Shown: piece after piece, positions 13,175-25,886 of the stretch
Position numbering within the stretch: the first letter of the stretch is position 1
How the letters are laid out: the number at the start of each line of letters is the position of its first letter
Assembly: GCA_038087875.1 (NCBI GenBank)
Contig: CM075993.1
Coordinates: forward strand, 10,046,001-10,110,000
Direction: 5' to 3'
Source of the DNA: Malacoraja senta
Taxonomy: Eukaryota
Length of the DNA stretch: 64,000 bases
Made by a program: the position numbers and the translations under genes
The notes under the pieces: generated by a model
The model's database searches: none
Seen by the model: the letters and a program-made list of their open reading frames with translations, nothing else
What the model was told of the DNA's origin: nothing

Positions 13175-13430
13175 AGTGCAGAATAGTTTGATTTGTTAAC
13201 ATTGCTCAAGTGATGCAAATTGGCCCGAATACCAGGGAGGTTCCCCCAGTTCTTTTTAAAATTAACTTGATGTGATAGTTTGAATGAATTTATCTTCATT
13301 TAACATCTTAGTCAAATGGTGGCAACACTCCCCCGTACTGCTTTCCTTTCTGTGTTAATATTTCCAGAGCGGGACTTGAACTCGTACTTTCTTGCTTTGA
13401 GGCAAGAATACTATAGAGTGAGCTGTGGCT
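13175..13430 (-). mobile_element. Ancient DeuSINE (SacSINE1-like) remnant
   Basis: Minus strand: tRNA-like head with GAGTTCAAGTCCC B box, then aagaactggggg..ctccctggtattcgggccaat, resembling the Deu domain from memory. Heavily diverged. Confidence 0.5.
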
Positions 13431-13774
13431 GCCTTGTGTGTTTATTCATATTTCAGCAGTGTAGGGTTTGTTGGTTTACGAATTTCAAGTACTTTGGGGC
13501 TTACAGTGCAGAGTTAGCCGTGATGTGAATGTGATCAAAGTGATTGCCTTCTCGGGTGAGACCGGTCGGTTCAATGGCCATCTTAACAATCAGAACCCCA
13601 AGCTTGGGAGGAAGAGAAGGTGCTGTTTCTGTTGGTCTGAGAGATCTGACAATTCACAAAGAAACATGTCTGGTTCCTTTTGACATTCCAATCCATAAAC
13701 AGGAGAATATCTAAGGGTGAAACCTAATACTTCATAGACCAAGGTCAGCTGCTTTAAAACATGAAGATGAAGGC

Positions 13775-13949
13775 AGACACAAAATGCTGGAGTAACTCAG
13801 CGGGACTGGCAGCATCTCAGCCTGAAGAAGGGTCTCGACCCGAAATGTCACCCATTCCCTCTCTCCAGAGATGCTGCCTGTCCTGCCTAGTTACTCCAGC
13901 ATTTTGTGTCTCTCTTTGATTTAAACCAGCATCTGCAGTTCCTTCCTAC
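13775..13949. mobile_element. Penelope-derived inverted-repeat insertion with 16-bp TSD
   Basis: TSD ACATGAAGATGAAGGC at 13759-13774 and 13950-13965. Confidence 0.85.
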
Positions 13950-14016
13950 ACATGAAGATGAAGGCCATCAGACTGGGTGGAGTTTTGGAATTTAATGTCA
14001 TTAATTTCTCTTTTCT

Positions 14017-14511
14017 CATAGAGGGAGTACAGAGAAGGTTCACCAGACTGATTCCTGAGATGTCAGGACTTTCATATGAAGAAAGACTGGATAGACTTGA
14101 CTTGTACTCGCTAGAATTTAGAAGATTGAGGGGGGATCTTATAGAAACTTACAAAATTCTGAAGGGGTTGGACAGGCTAGATGCAGGAAGATTGTTCCCG
14201 ATGTTGGGGAAGTCCAGAACAATGGGTCACAGTTTAAGGATAAGGGGGAAGTCTTTTAGGACCGAGATGAGAAAATCATTTTTCACACAGAGAGTGGTGA
14301 ATCTGTGGAATTCTCTGCCACAGAAGGTAGTTGAGACCAGTTCATTGGCTAAATTTAAGAGGGAGTTAGATGTGGCCCTTGTGGCTAAAGGTATCAAGGG
14401 GTATGGAGGGAAGGCAGGTACAGGATACTGAGTTGGATGATCAGCCATGATCGAAGGGCCGAATGGCCTACTCCTGCACCTATTTTCTATGTTTCTATGT
14501 TTCTATGTTTC
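14017..14511 (+). mobile_element. CR1-clade LINE 3' end, (TTTCTATG)n tail
   Basis: IEGVQRRFTRLIP...VVNLWNSLP; 8-mer tail typical of CR1. Confidence 0.93.
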
Positions 14512-15342
14512 GCCAGTATGATTACTTTTCTATTACAGTTGGGCCACCATTCACGTGGCACATGATGAATACTCTGCAAATAGAAATTGTGTGAAAGGCT
14601 CAATGGAAAATAGCAGTGAATTTCTAGTTTCACAAAATGAGTTATCCAACACATTTTTAACGAACTTCAAATGCTACTAACATCAGCAGATGTTGCAGAT
14701 AAACTTTATTCGATGATAATGCCGATGTTGTTATGATCAAAATTCCAAGGATTCACCTGGGCACCACAATCCTGTCGTATCCCAATATACCTTGATTCCC
14801 TTAACATCTGAAAACCTATTGATCTCTGAGTGAATGCATTCAGCAACTGTTCCTCCACGGCTTTGTAGGGTGGAGAATTGCAAGGATTCACTATGGTCCA
14901 GGTGATGAATGTCTTGTCATCGCCGTGCCAACTTTGAGACTGTGATCCCTTGGTACCCCCACATTTATTTACAGGTCATGAATCCAGGTGTTCTGTGAAA
15001 ACTCACAGGACTGGTTTTACAAAAAACCATGCAGGTTTACAAAAAAAGGACACAATGTGCTGGAGTAACTCAGCGGGTCAGGCAGCATCTCTGGAGAACA
15101 TGGATAAGTGACGCTTCGGGTCCTGACAGTCAACGGCGCGCAGTTAAATGCTGCCTGAATATTTTGATCTTATTTTGTGGTGGGCAGCTAAAACATAATG
15201 GAGGAATGATAATGCAATGCTTTGGCTTGCTCTACCATGCACCCATCCAGATTTTGTGTGCATTACATGCTGTTGGGTTCGTATAGGATATCACAGCAAC
15301 AGCTGCTCAGGGAAGAAGTGGAATCAAACAGCTTGCTTTGTA

Positions 15343-15650
15343 TTAGTTTAGTTTCGAGATACAGCGCGGAAACAGGCCCTTCGGCCCACCGACACTGACC
15401 AGCGATCCCCGCACCTTAACGCCCTCCTACAAACACTCGAGCCAATTTACATTTATACCAAGCCAATTAACCTACAAACCTGTATGTCTTTGGAATGTGG
15501 GAGGAAACCGAAGATCTCGGAGAAAAGCCTACCCGGTCATGGGGAGAACGTACAAACTCAGCCAGCACCCTTAGTCGGGATCGAACCCGGGTCTCTGGCG
15601 CTGAAACTGCTGCAAGGCAGCAACTCTACCGCTGCGCCACCATGCCGCCC
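15343..15650 (-). mobile_element. HE1-type V-SINE
   Basis: Full-length minus-strand copy with A and B boxes. Confidence 0.88.
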
Positions 15651-16358
15651 CTAAATTTACATGCCGCACCTTATATTTTGTTTGTAATTTCACCTTCATT
15701 AAGACTTCATTCGGTGTAATGAAATTTAAAAAGAATGACATTTCTATCATATATTCCACGAGTTCAAAATATTCCAATGCACTTCAAGGAAAATAGTTTA
15801 CCTTGAAGTGGAAGAAATATAACAATTTCTACAAAGCAAATTTCTAAAATCGGCAACGTAAGTGTGTTCGGCAAACTGTTTTGGCTTGTCAATCAAGGGT
15901 AAATGTGGAGAATTCCTTGCTTTTCCTCAGAACAGTTCTAAATGAGAAACTGTCTTGAGAGACTGATACTGATGTGGAGTACGAGGTAGCAAATGGGAAA
16001 GTGGAACCATAAATAGTGCATGAAACCTTGTCCCATTGAAACAGATTAGACCGGACAAAACAATACCCGTGTTTACTTTAGCTAATTAATGATGTGAAAA
16101 TGGAATTCTTAAAGGAAATGAACTAAATATTTAATCGTAGTGCTTCATCAATCAGAAAATAAGCCAACAGCACCGGAGAAAGAAGAGAAGAAGCTTGAAC
16201 ATTAACTTAACAACATAAGAAATAGAAGAGAAGGCCATCTGGCTCCTCAAGCTATTCATCGAGCCGATCCTCCTCATCAGCGCTATTTTCCAACACTATC
16301 CCCGCATCTCTCGATTTCCTTAATGGCTACCAATATGTCAACCTTTTTTCTAATTAAA

Positions 16359-16670
16359 CAGTGGCACAGTGGTAGAGTTGCTTCCTTACAGCGCTTGCAA
16401 CGCCGGAAACCCGGGTTCGATCCTGACTACGGGTGAAGTCAGTAAGGAGTTTGTACGTTTTCCCAGTAACCACGTGGGTTTTCTGTGAGATCTTCGGTTT
16501 CCTCCCACACTCCAAAGACGTACAGGTTTGAAGGTTAACTAGCTTGGTGTATGTGTAAATTGTCCCTTGTGTGTGTAGGATAGTGTTAATGTGCGGGGAT
16601 CGCTGGTCGGTGCAGACTCGATGGGCCAAAGGGCCTGGTTCCGTGCTGTATCTCTAAACTAAACTAAACT
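16359..16670 (+). mobile_element. HE1-type V-SINE
   Basis: A box TGGCACAGTGG, B box GGTTCGATCC, (CTAAA)n tail. Confidence 0.9.
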
Positions 16671-17006
16671 GAGATTCCAAGCTCTCCAGGATAGAGAATT
16701 CCAATGATTCACTGCCTCTCAGTGAAGAAACCTCTCCTCGTATCAATCTTAAGTGGCCAACCTGCATTCTCAAACTGTCTAGGAAAGAACTGCAGAAGCT
16801 GGTTTACACAGAAAATAGATACAAAAAGCTGGGGTAACTCAGCGGGACAGGCAGCAACTCTGGAGAGAAGGAATGGGTGACGTTTCGGGTCTCGATCCTT
16901 CTTCAGACTGTCTATTCTCAGATGCTGTTCTGTTCTTGCATTGGGCTTCACTGGAAAAGTGAAGGATGCCAAGAGCAGATTGGGAATAAGATGGAGAATT
17001 AAAGTG

Positions 17007-17205
17007 TATGAAGGAATTGCAGATGCTGGTTTAAACCAAAGATAGACACAAAAATCTGGAGTAACTCAGCGGGACAGGCAGCATCTCTGGAGAGAAGGAA
17101 TGGGTGACGTTTCGGGTTGAGACCCTTCTTCAGTCTTCTGAAATCAGTCTTCAGTCTGAAGAAGGGTCTCGGCCCGAAGTTACTCCAACTTTTTGTGTTT
17201 ATCTT
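17007..17205. mobile_element. Penelope-derived inverted-repeat insertion with 15-bp TSD
   Basis: TSD TGGAGAATTAAAGTG at 16992-17006 and 17206-17220. Confidence 0.85.
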
Positions 17206-17327
17206 TGGAGAATTAAAGTGACAGGTAAGCTCAAAGTCACATTTGCAGACTGACAGAGTAGTGTTTCACAGAACAGTCACCCTTTCTGTGTTTGGTCTCC
17301 CAAATGCAGAGAAGACCATATCATGAG

Positions 17328-17527
17328 NNNNNNNNNNNNNNNNNNNNNNNNNNNNNNNNNNNNNNNNNNNNNNNNNNNNNNNNNNNNNNNNNNNNNNNNN
17401 NNNNNNNNNNNNNNNNNNNNNNNNNNNNNNNNNNNNNNNNNNNNNNNNNNNNNNNNNNNNNNNNNNNNNNNNNNNNNNNNNNNNNNNNNNNNNNNNNNNN
17501 NNNNNNNNNNNNNNNNNNNNNNNNNNN
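17328..17527. other. Assembly gap (200 N) inside intron 2
   Basis: Run of exactly 200 N, so the true intron 2 length is uncertain. Confidence 0.99.
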
Positions 17528-19454
17528 GTTTGTGTTGGATTGTAAGTGAACACCATCTTTTCCCTCAACGCAGACTGCCAACTGGGGATAACAGGTTGGC
17601 GATCAGTAATAACATCCAATCCCACCCACTAACATTTGAACAATCAGGCTGACTGTGGATCAGACACACCACTGATTAAATGTGGGACCTGTCTCTTCTG
17701 TCTTATCCATTCAGCAACCATTTGAAACAACTGCAGCAGAACAGTGAGCAGATCAATTTTCCAGTTATAAATGAGTTCCCGGGTTAAACAGCAGACCATT
17801 CACCGCCCTTCATGTTGGGTACAGTGAAACTCTAATAATCTAGTACACACAGAACTCTGATGGTGCTGGACGAGCAAAGATTCTGGTTTCTATTACCTAT
17901 TATTATCCAACACACATTTGTAAATCACTTATCAAAAATGTGAGGCAATATAATAGATTTTCTAGTGAATCGGGTAAGTTTAAAGGAAGCCTGTAAACCA
18001 GGGACTTGGTGAGTGGAAAGAGATGGCATGGATTGGGGCCCCAGTGAGTGGAACAGGAGCGCAGGAACTGGAAGCATTGAGTGGAAAATAAGCACTGGAA
18101 CTGGGGCCTTGGTGAATAGAAAGAGAGCGCAGGAATTTGAGCCTCGGGAGAGGAAAGGTGACAAAAACAGAGCCTGACAATCATTACCTGGTGAGCTAGA
18201 TGCCAATCCTTTGGGATTTCCGAATGGCTGGATAGCAGATTATCAGAGTTTTACTACATTATAAATTGAGGAACGAGAGTAGATGGCATAAACTGTTCAG
18301 CTGTTAGAGTCATAGAGTGATACGGTGTTTAAAACAGGCCCTTCGGCCCAACTTGCCCACACCGGCCTACATGTCCCAGCTACGCTGGTCCCTCCTGTCA
18401 GCATTTGGTCCATATCCCTCCAAACCTCTCCTATCAATGTAACTATAAGAGTCAAGAGTCAAGAGAGTTTATTGTCATGTGTCCCTGATAGACAATGAAA
18501 TTCTTGCTTTGCTTCAGCACAACAGAACATAGTAGGCATTGACTACAAAACAGATCAGTGTGTCCATATACCATTATATACGTAAATACACACATGAATA
18601 AATAAACTGATAAAGTGCAAATAACAGATAATGGGCTATTAATGTTCAGAGTTTTGTCCGAGCCAAGTTTAATAGCCTGATGGCTGTGGGGAAGTAGCTA
18701 TTCCTGAACCTGGTCGTTGCAGTCTTCAGGCTACTGTACCTTCTACCTGAAGGTAGCAGGGAGATGAGTGTGGCCAGGATGATGTGGGTCCTTGATGATA
18801 CTGCCAGCCTTTTTGAGGCAGCGACTGCGGTAGATCCCCTCGATGGAAGGGAGGTCAGAGCCGATGATGGACTATAACATTATCTATATGAGCGTTGGGA
18901 CACTGGAGTGTTCACACAGTGAATGGTGAGGACAGGACACAATGGTCCACTCGGGTCTATTTCTTGATCGTCTATGCTTTTCCTCTAGTTGCAGCATCTC
19001 CCATCTCGACATTGTCCGCGGTGTGATTAGACTGATGGTGAGGTGGGCCCTGGGGATGGATGATTTATAAAGACTGACACACTGGCCCTCCTTATTACCT
19101 TGCTCTGACGTCTTAATTATCAGCTCGTGACCCTTTTGGAGAACCCTTGCCTGTAGGTGGAACCTGGCTGTTTACTCTTTCTCGTTCAGTAGTTCCAAAG
19201 CAACCTGGACATGATGACACTTTGCTTGCTCTTGCCCTTTGATTAGCTCGGCAGCTCAGTTCGCTTTGACCTGGAGGTGACTGAGCGACTGAAAGCTCAT
19301 TAATCACAGCATGAAGGAGGCAATGAAGTATTGATTCAGTCCTCGTTCATTTCCATGTAAATTACTTCCTAGTGGTTGGCCACACAGTAAGACCGATGGG
19401 ATCTGCCAAACCTCCAACTCAGTCCAACCTTTCGGGAATCCCATCTGACAGGCG

Positions 19455-20426
19455 CTTCTGCCCACTGAGTCCGCACCGACCAGCGATCCCCGCAAATTAA
19501 AGCCCCTGTCCCACTTACGTGTCCTCCGCACGCTAATTACGCGACCTCGTGGTCGCGTTGAGGAACGACGGTCCCGCGAAGGTCGCGCGTGATTTCATGC
19601 GTCCGCACAGCCATCTGGAGCGCGTGACGTCATTTGAATATAGACACAAAATGCTGGAGTAACTCAGCAGGACAGGCAGCATCTCTGGAGAGAAGCAATG
19701 GGTGACGTTTTGTGTCGAGACTCTTCTTCAGTCTGAAAGAAGGGTCTTGACCCGAAACATCACCCATTGCTTCTCTCCAGAGATGCTGCCGGTCCCGCTG
19801 AGTTACTCCAGCAATTTGTGACTATCTCCAATCGTCTTGGCCCCGCTCGGGGAGTAGAAGTGGGGGCGGATCCGGATCCGCAATGGCTGTGAGTCCCAGG
19901 CCGAGCTCGGCGATCGTTTCCCTGCTTCTGCTGCTGTTGGAGGTGAGACGTTGCGTCGCGCCAGGGTCTTGGGCCTGTCCCACTTTGGCCGTCAGTTACG
20001 CGACAGGCCGGTGGCGAGCGAAGATTTCGTTCGCTACAAAATCTCGGAGCGCCGCGCGATACCGTGCACAACTCCATACCCCTCCGCGCTTCTCAGTGGC
20101 CCCGCGCTGCTACACGATGCCCGTGCGCCTCAACGCGACAACGAGGTTGAGTAATTTGCATGCCAAGGACACGTAAGTGGGACAGGGCCTTAACACTATC
20201 TATACACACTAGGGCCAATTTATACATACACCAAGCTAATTAACCGTCAAACCTGTATGTATTTAGAGTGGGAGGAAAACGAAGATCTCGGAGAAAACTC
20301 AGGCAGTCACGGGGTGAACGTACAAACCTCCGTACAGACGGCACCCGTAGTCGGGATCGAACCTGGGTCTCCGGCGCTGCAAGCGCTGTAAGGCTGCAAC
20401 TCTACCGCTGTGCCACCGTGGCCGCC
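19455..20426 (-). mobile_element. HE1-type V-SINE split by the 19501-20190 MITE
   Basis: The SINE sequence is continuous across the TAA duplication. Confidence 0.85.
19501..20190. mobile_element. PIF/Harbinger-type MITE (TAA TSD) inserted in an HE1 SINE; itself contains a Penelope hairpin (~19640-19828)
   Basis: TIR AGCCCCTGTCCCACTTACGTGTCCT / AGGACACGTAAGTGGGACAGGGCCT; TAA at 19498-19500 and 20191-20193. Confidence 0.85.
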
Positions 20427-21335
20427 CAAAAGAGTTATGGAAAGAGTTTCCAAATGACCTTGCCACGAAAAGCCATGTAAAGAGGACACGGTGAGCTGCA
20501 AGTGACAAGTCTGAAGAAGGGTCTCGACCCGAAACATCACCCATTCCTTCTCTCCAGAGGTGCTGCCTGTCCCGTGAGTTACATAAGATCATAAGTGAGA
20601 GGAGTAGAATTAGGTCAATCGGCCCATCAAGTCTACTCCACCATTCAATCATGGCTGATCTATCTCTCCCTCCTAACCCCATTCTCCTGCCTTCTCCCCA
20701 TAACCTCTGACACCCGTACTAATCAACAATCTATCTATCTCTGCCTTAAATATATCCACTGACCTGGCCTCCACAGCCTTCTGTTTCAAAGAATCCCACA
20801 GATTCACCACCACAAATTACTCCAGCATTTTGTGTCTATCTTCGGTGTAAACCAGCATCTGCATTTCCTTCCTACACAGTTGTGGTCATCTCATTCCAGC
20901 TAACTGATCCACATTTCCATTCAGCTTTATTTGCAATCTGCTTTCTACGGATCCTGAGACAACTTAATACATTAATGTTAAGGGAAAGTGCTCAAATGTC
21001 TCCATGTCTGAGGGCAGGCAAAAAACATTTTTTTTATCCCGCACCAAGATAGAGTTGACACAGAGTAAACAAAATTTATCTTTATGTATCCTAGGAAACA
21101 CCAAGTTTGTCATTGCTGGTCAAATACATTACTTGGAACAGCACTGGTAATTTACAGTTTCTGCAAGTCGTATATTTTCTTTAAAAAAGCTTTGCATGCA
21201 AGCTGTCTTTAACTTCCATCAATCACTGTTCAAATGCTCAAGCATGGTTTTGTCACTCCAGATCTCCCACAGCATTCAAGAGAGTAATTTTAAGATGACC
21301 CCTCCACTCATAGAAATAGTCTCTCAGCCCAACTT

Positions 21336-21840
21336 GGGTGGCACGGTGGCGCAGCATCGGTAGAGTTGCTGCCTTACAGCGCCAGAGACCCGGGTTCGAT
21401 CCCGACTACGGGTGCTTGTCTGTACAGAGTTTGTACATTCTCCCCATGACCTGCATGCGTTTTTTTCCAAGATCTTCGGTTTCCTCCCATACTGCAAAGA
21501 CATATAGACAATAGACAATAGGTACAGGAATAGGCCATTCGGCCCTTCAAGCCAGCATCGCCATTCAATGTGATCATGGCTGATCATCCACAATCAGTAC
21601 TCCGTTCCTACCTTCTCCCCATATCCCCTGACCCCGCTATCTTCAAGAGCCCTATCTAGCTCTCTCTTGAAATTATCCAGAGAACCGGCCTCCACCAAGT
21701 ATGGGTTTGTAGGTTAATTTGCTCGGTATAAATGTAAATTGTCCCTGGTGTCGTGTTAGTATACGGGGATCGCTTGTCAGCGCGGACTCGGTGGGCTGAA
21801 GTGCCTGTTTCCGTGCTGTATCTCTAAACTAAACTAAAAC
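21336..21840 (+). mobile_element. HE1-type V-SINE split by a minus-strand CR1 3' fragment (~21504-21697)
   Basis: SINE head to ...caaagaca, then the CR1 tail (atagaca)n, then the SINE resumes at gtatgggtttgtaggttaa. Confidence 0.85.
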
Positions 21841-24800
21841 TTGCTCATGCCAACCAAGAAGCCCCATTAATAGACAATAGACAATAGGTGCAAGAGTAGG
21901 CCATTTGGCCATTCAATGCGATCATGGCTGATCATCCCCAATCAGAACCCCGTTCCTGCCCTCCCCATATCCCCTGACTCTGCTATTTTCATGTCAAATC
22001 TAGCTATTTTCAAGTCAAATCTAGCTCTCTCTTGAAAGCATCCAGAGAACCTGCCTCCAATGCCCTCTGAGGCAGAGAATTCCAAAGACTCACCACTCTC
22101 TGTGAGAAAAAGTGTTTCCTCGTCTCCGTTCTAAATGGCTTATTCCTTATTCTTAATACTAGTCCCACCCGCCTGCATTTGACCAATATCCCTCTAAACC
22201 TTTCCTATCCATGTACCAGTCTCTAGGTCTTTTAAATGTTGTAATGTACCTGCCTCAACTGCCTCCCCTGGCAGCTCATTCCATGTCCCCACCACCCACA
22301 CACAAGAACAACAAAATAGGAGTCAGGGCAGGCCACCTGACCCCTCAAGCCTGCCTCCCCATTCAATGTGATCACGGCTAATCTATCTAAAGCACCAACT
22401 CCTATTTGCCAGTTACTATTGCCTTCAGGCTCTCTGACCTTTAAAAAGGAATGATCTACGTCAACTTTAGATCTTCTCATGTTATAACTCTCAGAGTTAG
22501 AAAACTCCAGAGATTCAGCAGCCTGCGTGTCAAGAGTTTAACTAATTAACTGTAGGGTTTGTTGAGTCCTCCTATCTCAAAATGCGCAGAGTTTAAAAAT
22601 GAATGATAATGGGAATAATTAACAGGCAAATCGCATCATCATTGGTAACACTATTTACAGAAGACCGAGGTTCCACTCAAACAATTGTGTTTTCAATTTC
22701 AACACATTTTTGTCACTTCACTAAAAAGCATCGTCAAGGCTGTGACTTTGTTCAGAAAAGAACAAATGTACTTTAGGGAACCCACAAATCCGCACATCTT
22801 TGTGATGTGGGAGGGAACCGGAGCACCCAGAGGCAACCCACGCGATCACAGGGAGAACGTGCAAACTCCACACAAACAGTAACCAAGGCCGGGATTGAAC
22901 AGAGTCTCTGGCGCTGTGGGGCAGCGGGTGTCTGTAATGAAGTCGGTACACAAATGTTGCATGTATCCTGTGCTGGATTAAACAGCTTCAAGATAATGGC
23001 ACGTTGCTATCCAAGCCCTTGCTTTCCTGTATTAACTCTCAGTAATTGCCGAGCAGCTTTCAGTTATGTTTGCTGCGCGGTAAGTAACTCATCAATGTAA
23101 CGCTAGACACTGAGTAAGCCCATTCGTCCACAGTGAGGTTAGGGAGCATTCATGGAGGGAAATGGACAGTCAATGTTTCGGGATGAACATTTCACCTACT
23201 CTTCATGCTACCTGACCCGCTCAGTCCCTTCAGCTGCTCTCCTTGTTCTGCTACAGATTCCAGCATCTGAAGTCTCTTATGCGTCCAACAGTGACGTCCA
23301 CACCCATCTCTGAGAACGATCAGTGCCTGAACCTTGCCACATATTTGTACAGCGTTGGTGACTGTTTCGTGCGGAGGGATAGACTATTGGTGCTGAGGAG
23401 CATGGTGGCCAAGTTCACGGATGACCGGTTTCTATTTCAGTTGACTCCAGCTGTAACTCAGTTGCGTTCTTGCCTCTTGAGTGAAAAGGTTATGGTTTGC
23501 TCTTCCGTCTCAGACACTTAAATGCTTCAGTGCTGGGAAGGACAACTGGTCTGTACCGTGTGATTAATCCACAATAAGCTGCGGGTCATAAAGTGGAGGT
23601 GACCGTGTTTGAGTTAGATTTTAGTTTGAAACATAGAAACATAGAAACATAGTTTATTGTCAAAGGTACCGAGGTACAGTGAAAAGATGTTGTTGCGTGA
23701 TAACCAGTCAGCAGAAAGACTCTACAAGTTTACAATCCACTATCCACAGTGTACAGATACATGATAAAGGGAATAACGCGAGTAATGTTTAGTACAAGTC
23801 CAATCAAAGATAGACTGAGGGACTCCAATGAGATAGATAGTAGTTCAGGACCGCTCTCTAGTTGTTGGTAGGATGGTTCAGTTGCCTGATAACAGCTGGG
23901 AAGAAACTGTCCATGTTACTGGAGGTGTGTGTTTTCACACTTCTATACCTTTTGCCCCATGAGAGAGGGGAGAAAAGGGAGTGATTCCCCCTTGATTACG
24001 CTCTGGCCTTGCTGAGGCAGCGTGAGATGTAAATGGAGTCAATGGAAGGGAGGCTAGTTTGTGTGATGGTCTAGGCTCGTGGTATCATGAGTGGAAGACA
24101 TGGTAGTCCATGACCAAAAGAAGCTGTACCAACGTTTAGAGTAGGATGTGGAAGACTTAGCCAGTGGTTTAAAATGAAGGAGAGGTCCTCTTCTCAGTTG
24201 GGCTCAGGACATCTTCCAAGCCGAGGCAACTGGGGAAGGCCACTGATCAGGAGCAAAGCCCAGAGTAAAGCCTGATGATCACAAAGGCAGCACTTCACAA
24301 AATGATATGATCTTCCAAGGTTGTCTGTGAAAATGTCATCGTCACATCAACCAAGACAAGGTTATTGCCAGGACTCAAGGACCTGGTCTATAGGGAGATG
24401 TTGGGCAGGCTTGGACTTTATTCTTTCGAGTACAGGAAAATAAAGGATGATCTTATGGAGGTGTATAAAATCATGAGGGGAATAGATAGGGTGAATGCAC
24501 ATAGCCTTTTACCCACAGTAGGGGAATGAAGTACAGGGACGTAGGTTTAAGTTGAGAGGGGACAGATTTAATATGAACCTGAGGGATAACGTTTACACAC
24601 AGAGGGTGGTGCGTGTATGGACTGGTACGTAGATAGGAAATGTCTAGAGGGATATGGGCCTAACACAGGCAGGTAGGACTAGTATAGATGGGACATGTTG
24701 GTCGGTGTTGCAAGTTCGGCCAAAGGGCCTGTTCCCACATTGTATGACTCTACGAGATACGTATATACCATTGTATGACAGACACTAGTCGCGTAGGTAG

Positions 24801-25588
24801 GGCATGTTGGTCGGCATGGACAACTTGGGCCGAAGGGCCTGTTTCTGTGCTAGAATGACTGTATGACTCTAACTGCATCCCCATTGCTCGATATAACATA
24901 CTCATTTTGAAGGAGATCTTCCAACTTTTAAGTTGCCTGTTGTTTTATGATAAGTGTTCACTTCAAAGTATTTAATCAGCTGTAAATCCTCTTGGGACAT
25001 TTTGAAATGCACAACTGAAATGCAACTGTTTCTATTCATTCTTGATATAGTGCAAAGACCCCTGAGTGTTGATCTCACTGGATTATTTCAAATGAAAAAG
25101 AGATTTGATGGAATACATTTGGAGGTACTATTTCTTCTGAAGTGGAAACTGGGAATAAGAAAGCCCAAATAGTTGAGGAATTAAATCAGGAACTTTTCTT
25201 CAAATGAAAGATAATGGAAGTCGAGAACTCTTCCCCAAAATGGCTTTGGATGTTGTGGAACTTCCAATGATAGGAAATTCATTGGCGGTGAAGGACTAAA
25301 CATAATCCAGTAAGGACTACGATTCCAAAATTCAGTTCCAATGGAAAAAAGACACAAAGTGTTGGAGTAACTCTGAGGATCAGGCAGCATCTCTAGAGGA
25401 CATGGATAGATGACGTTTCGGTTCGGGATCCTTCTTCAGACTCCAATGGAATTGCGGTTAGGAAATATAATACCATGTACAACCACTACCATACAGTATT
25501 CAAGTGACCAAAAATGTTTAGCCCTAGTTTTTTGTAATTTAGTATACCTAACAAGTATAACCATAATTGGAAAAAAAGCATTTGAAGA

Positions 25589-25886
25589 TTAGTTTAGTTT
25601 AGAGATACAGCAAGGAAACAGGCCCATTGACCCACTGAGTCCGTGCTGACCAGCGATCTCCTCACTATCCTACACACACTAGGGACAATTTAAACATACA
25701 CCAAGCCAATTAACCTACCAACCTATGCGTCTTTGGAATGCGGGAGGAAACCGAAGATCTCGGAGAAAACCCACACGGTCACTGGGAGAACATGCAAATT
25801 CCATAAAGACAACACCCGTGGTTGGGATCGAACCTGGGTCTCTGGTGCTGCAAGCGCTGTAAGGCAGCAACTCTACCGCTGCACGG
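25589..25886 (-). mobile_element. HE1-type V-SINE
   Basis: Near full-length minus-strand copy. Confidence 0.88.

Noticed and set aside
17266..17652. ORFs spanning X runs
   Set aside because: Artefacts of the 200-N assembly gap.
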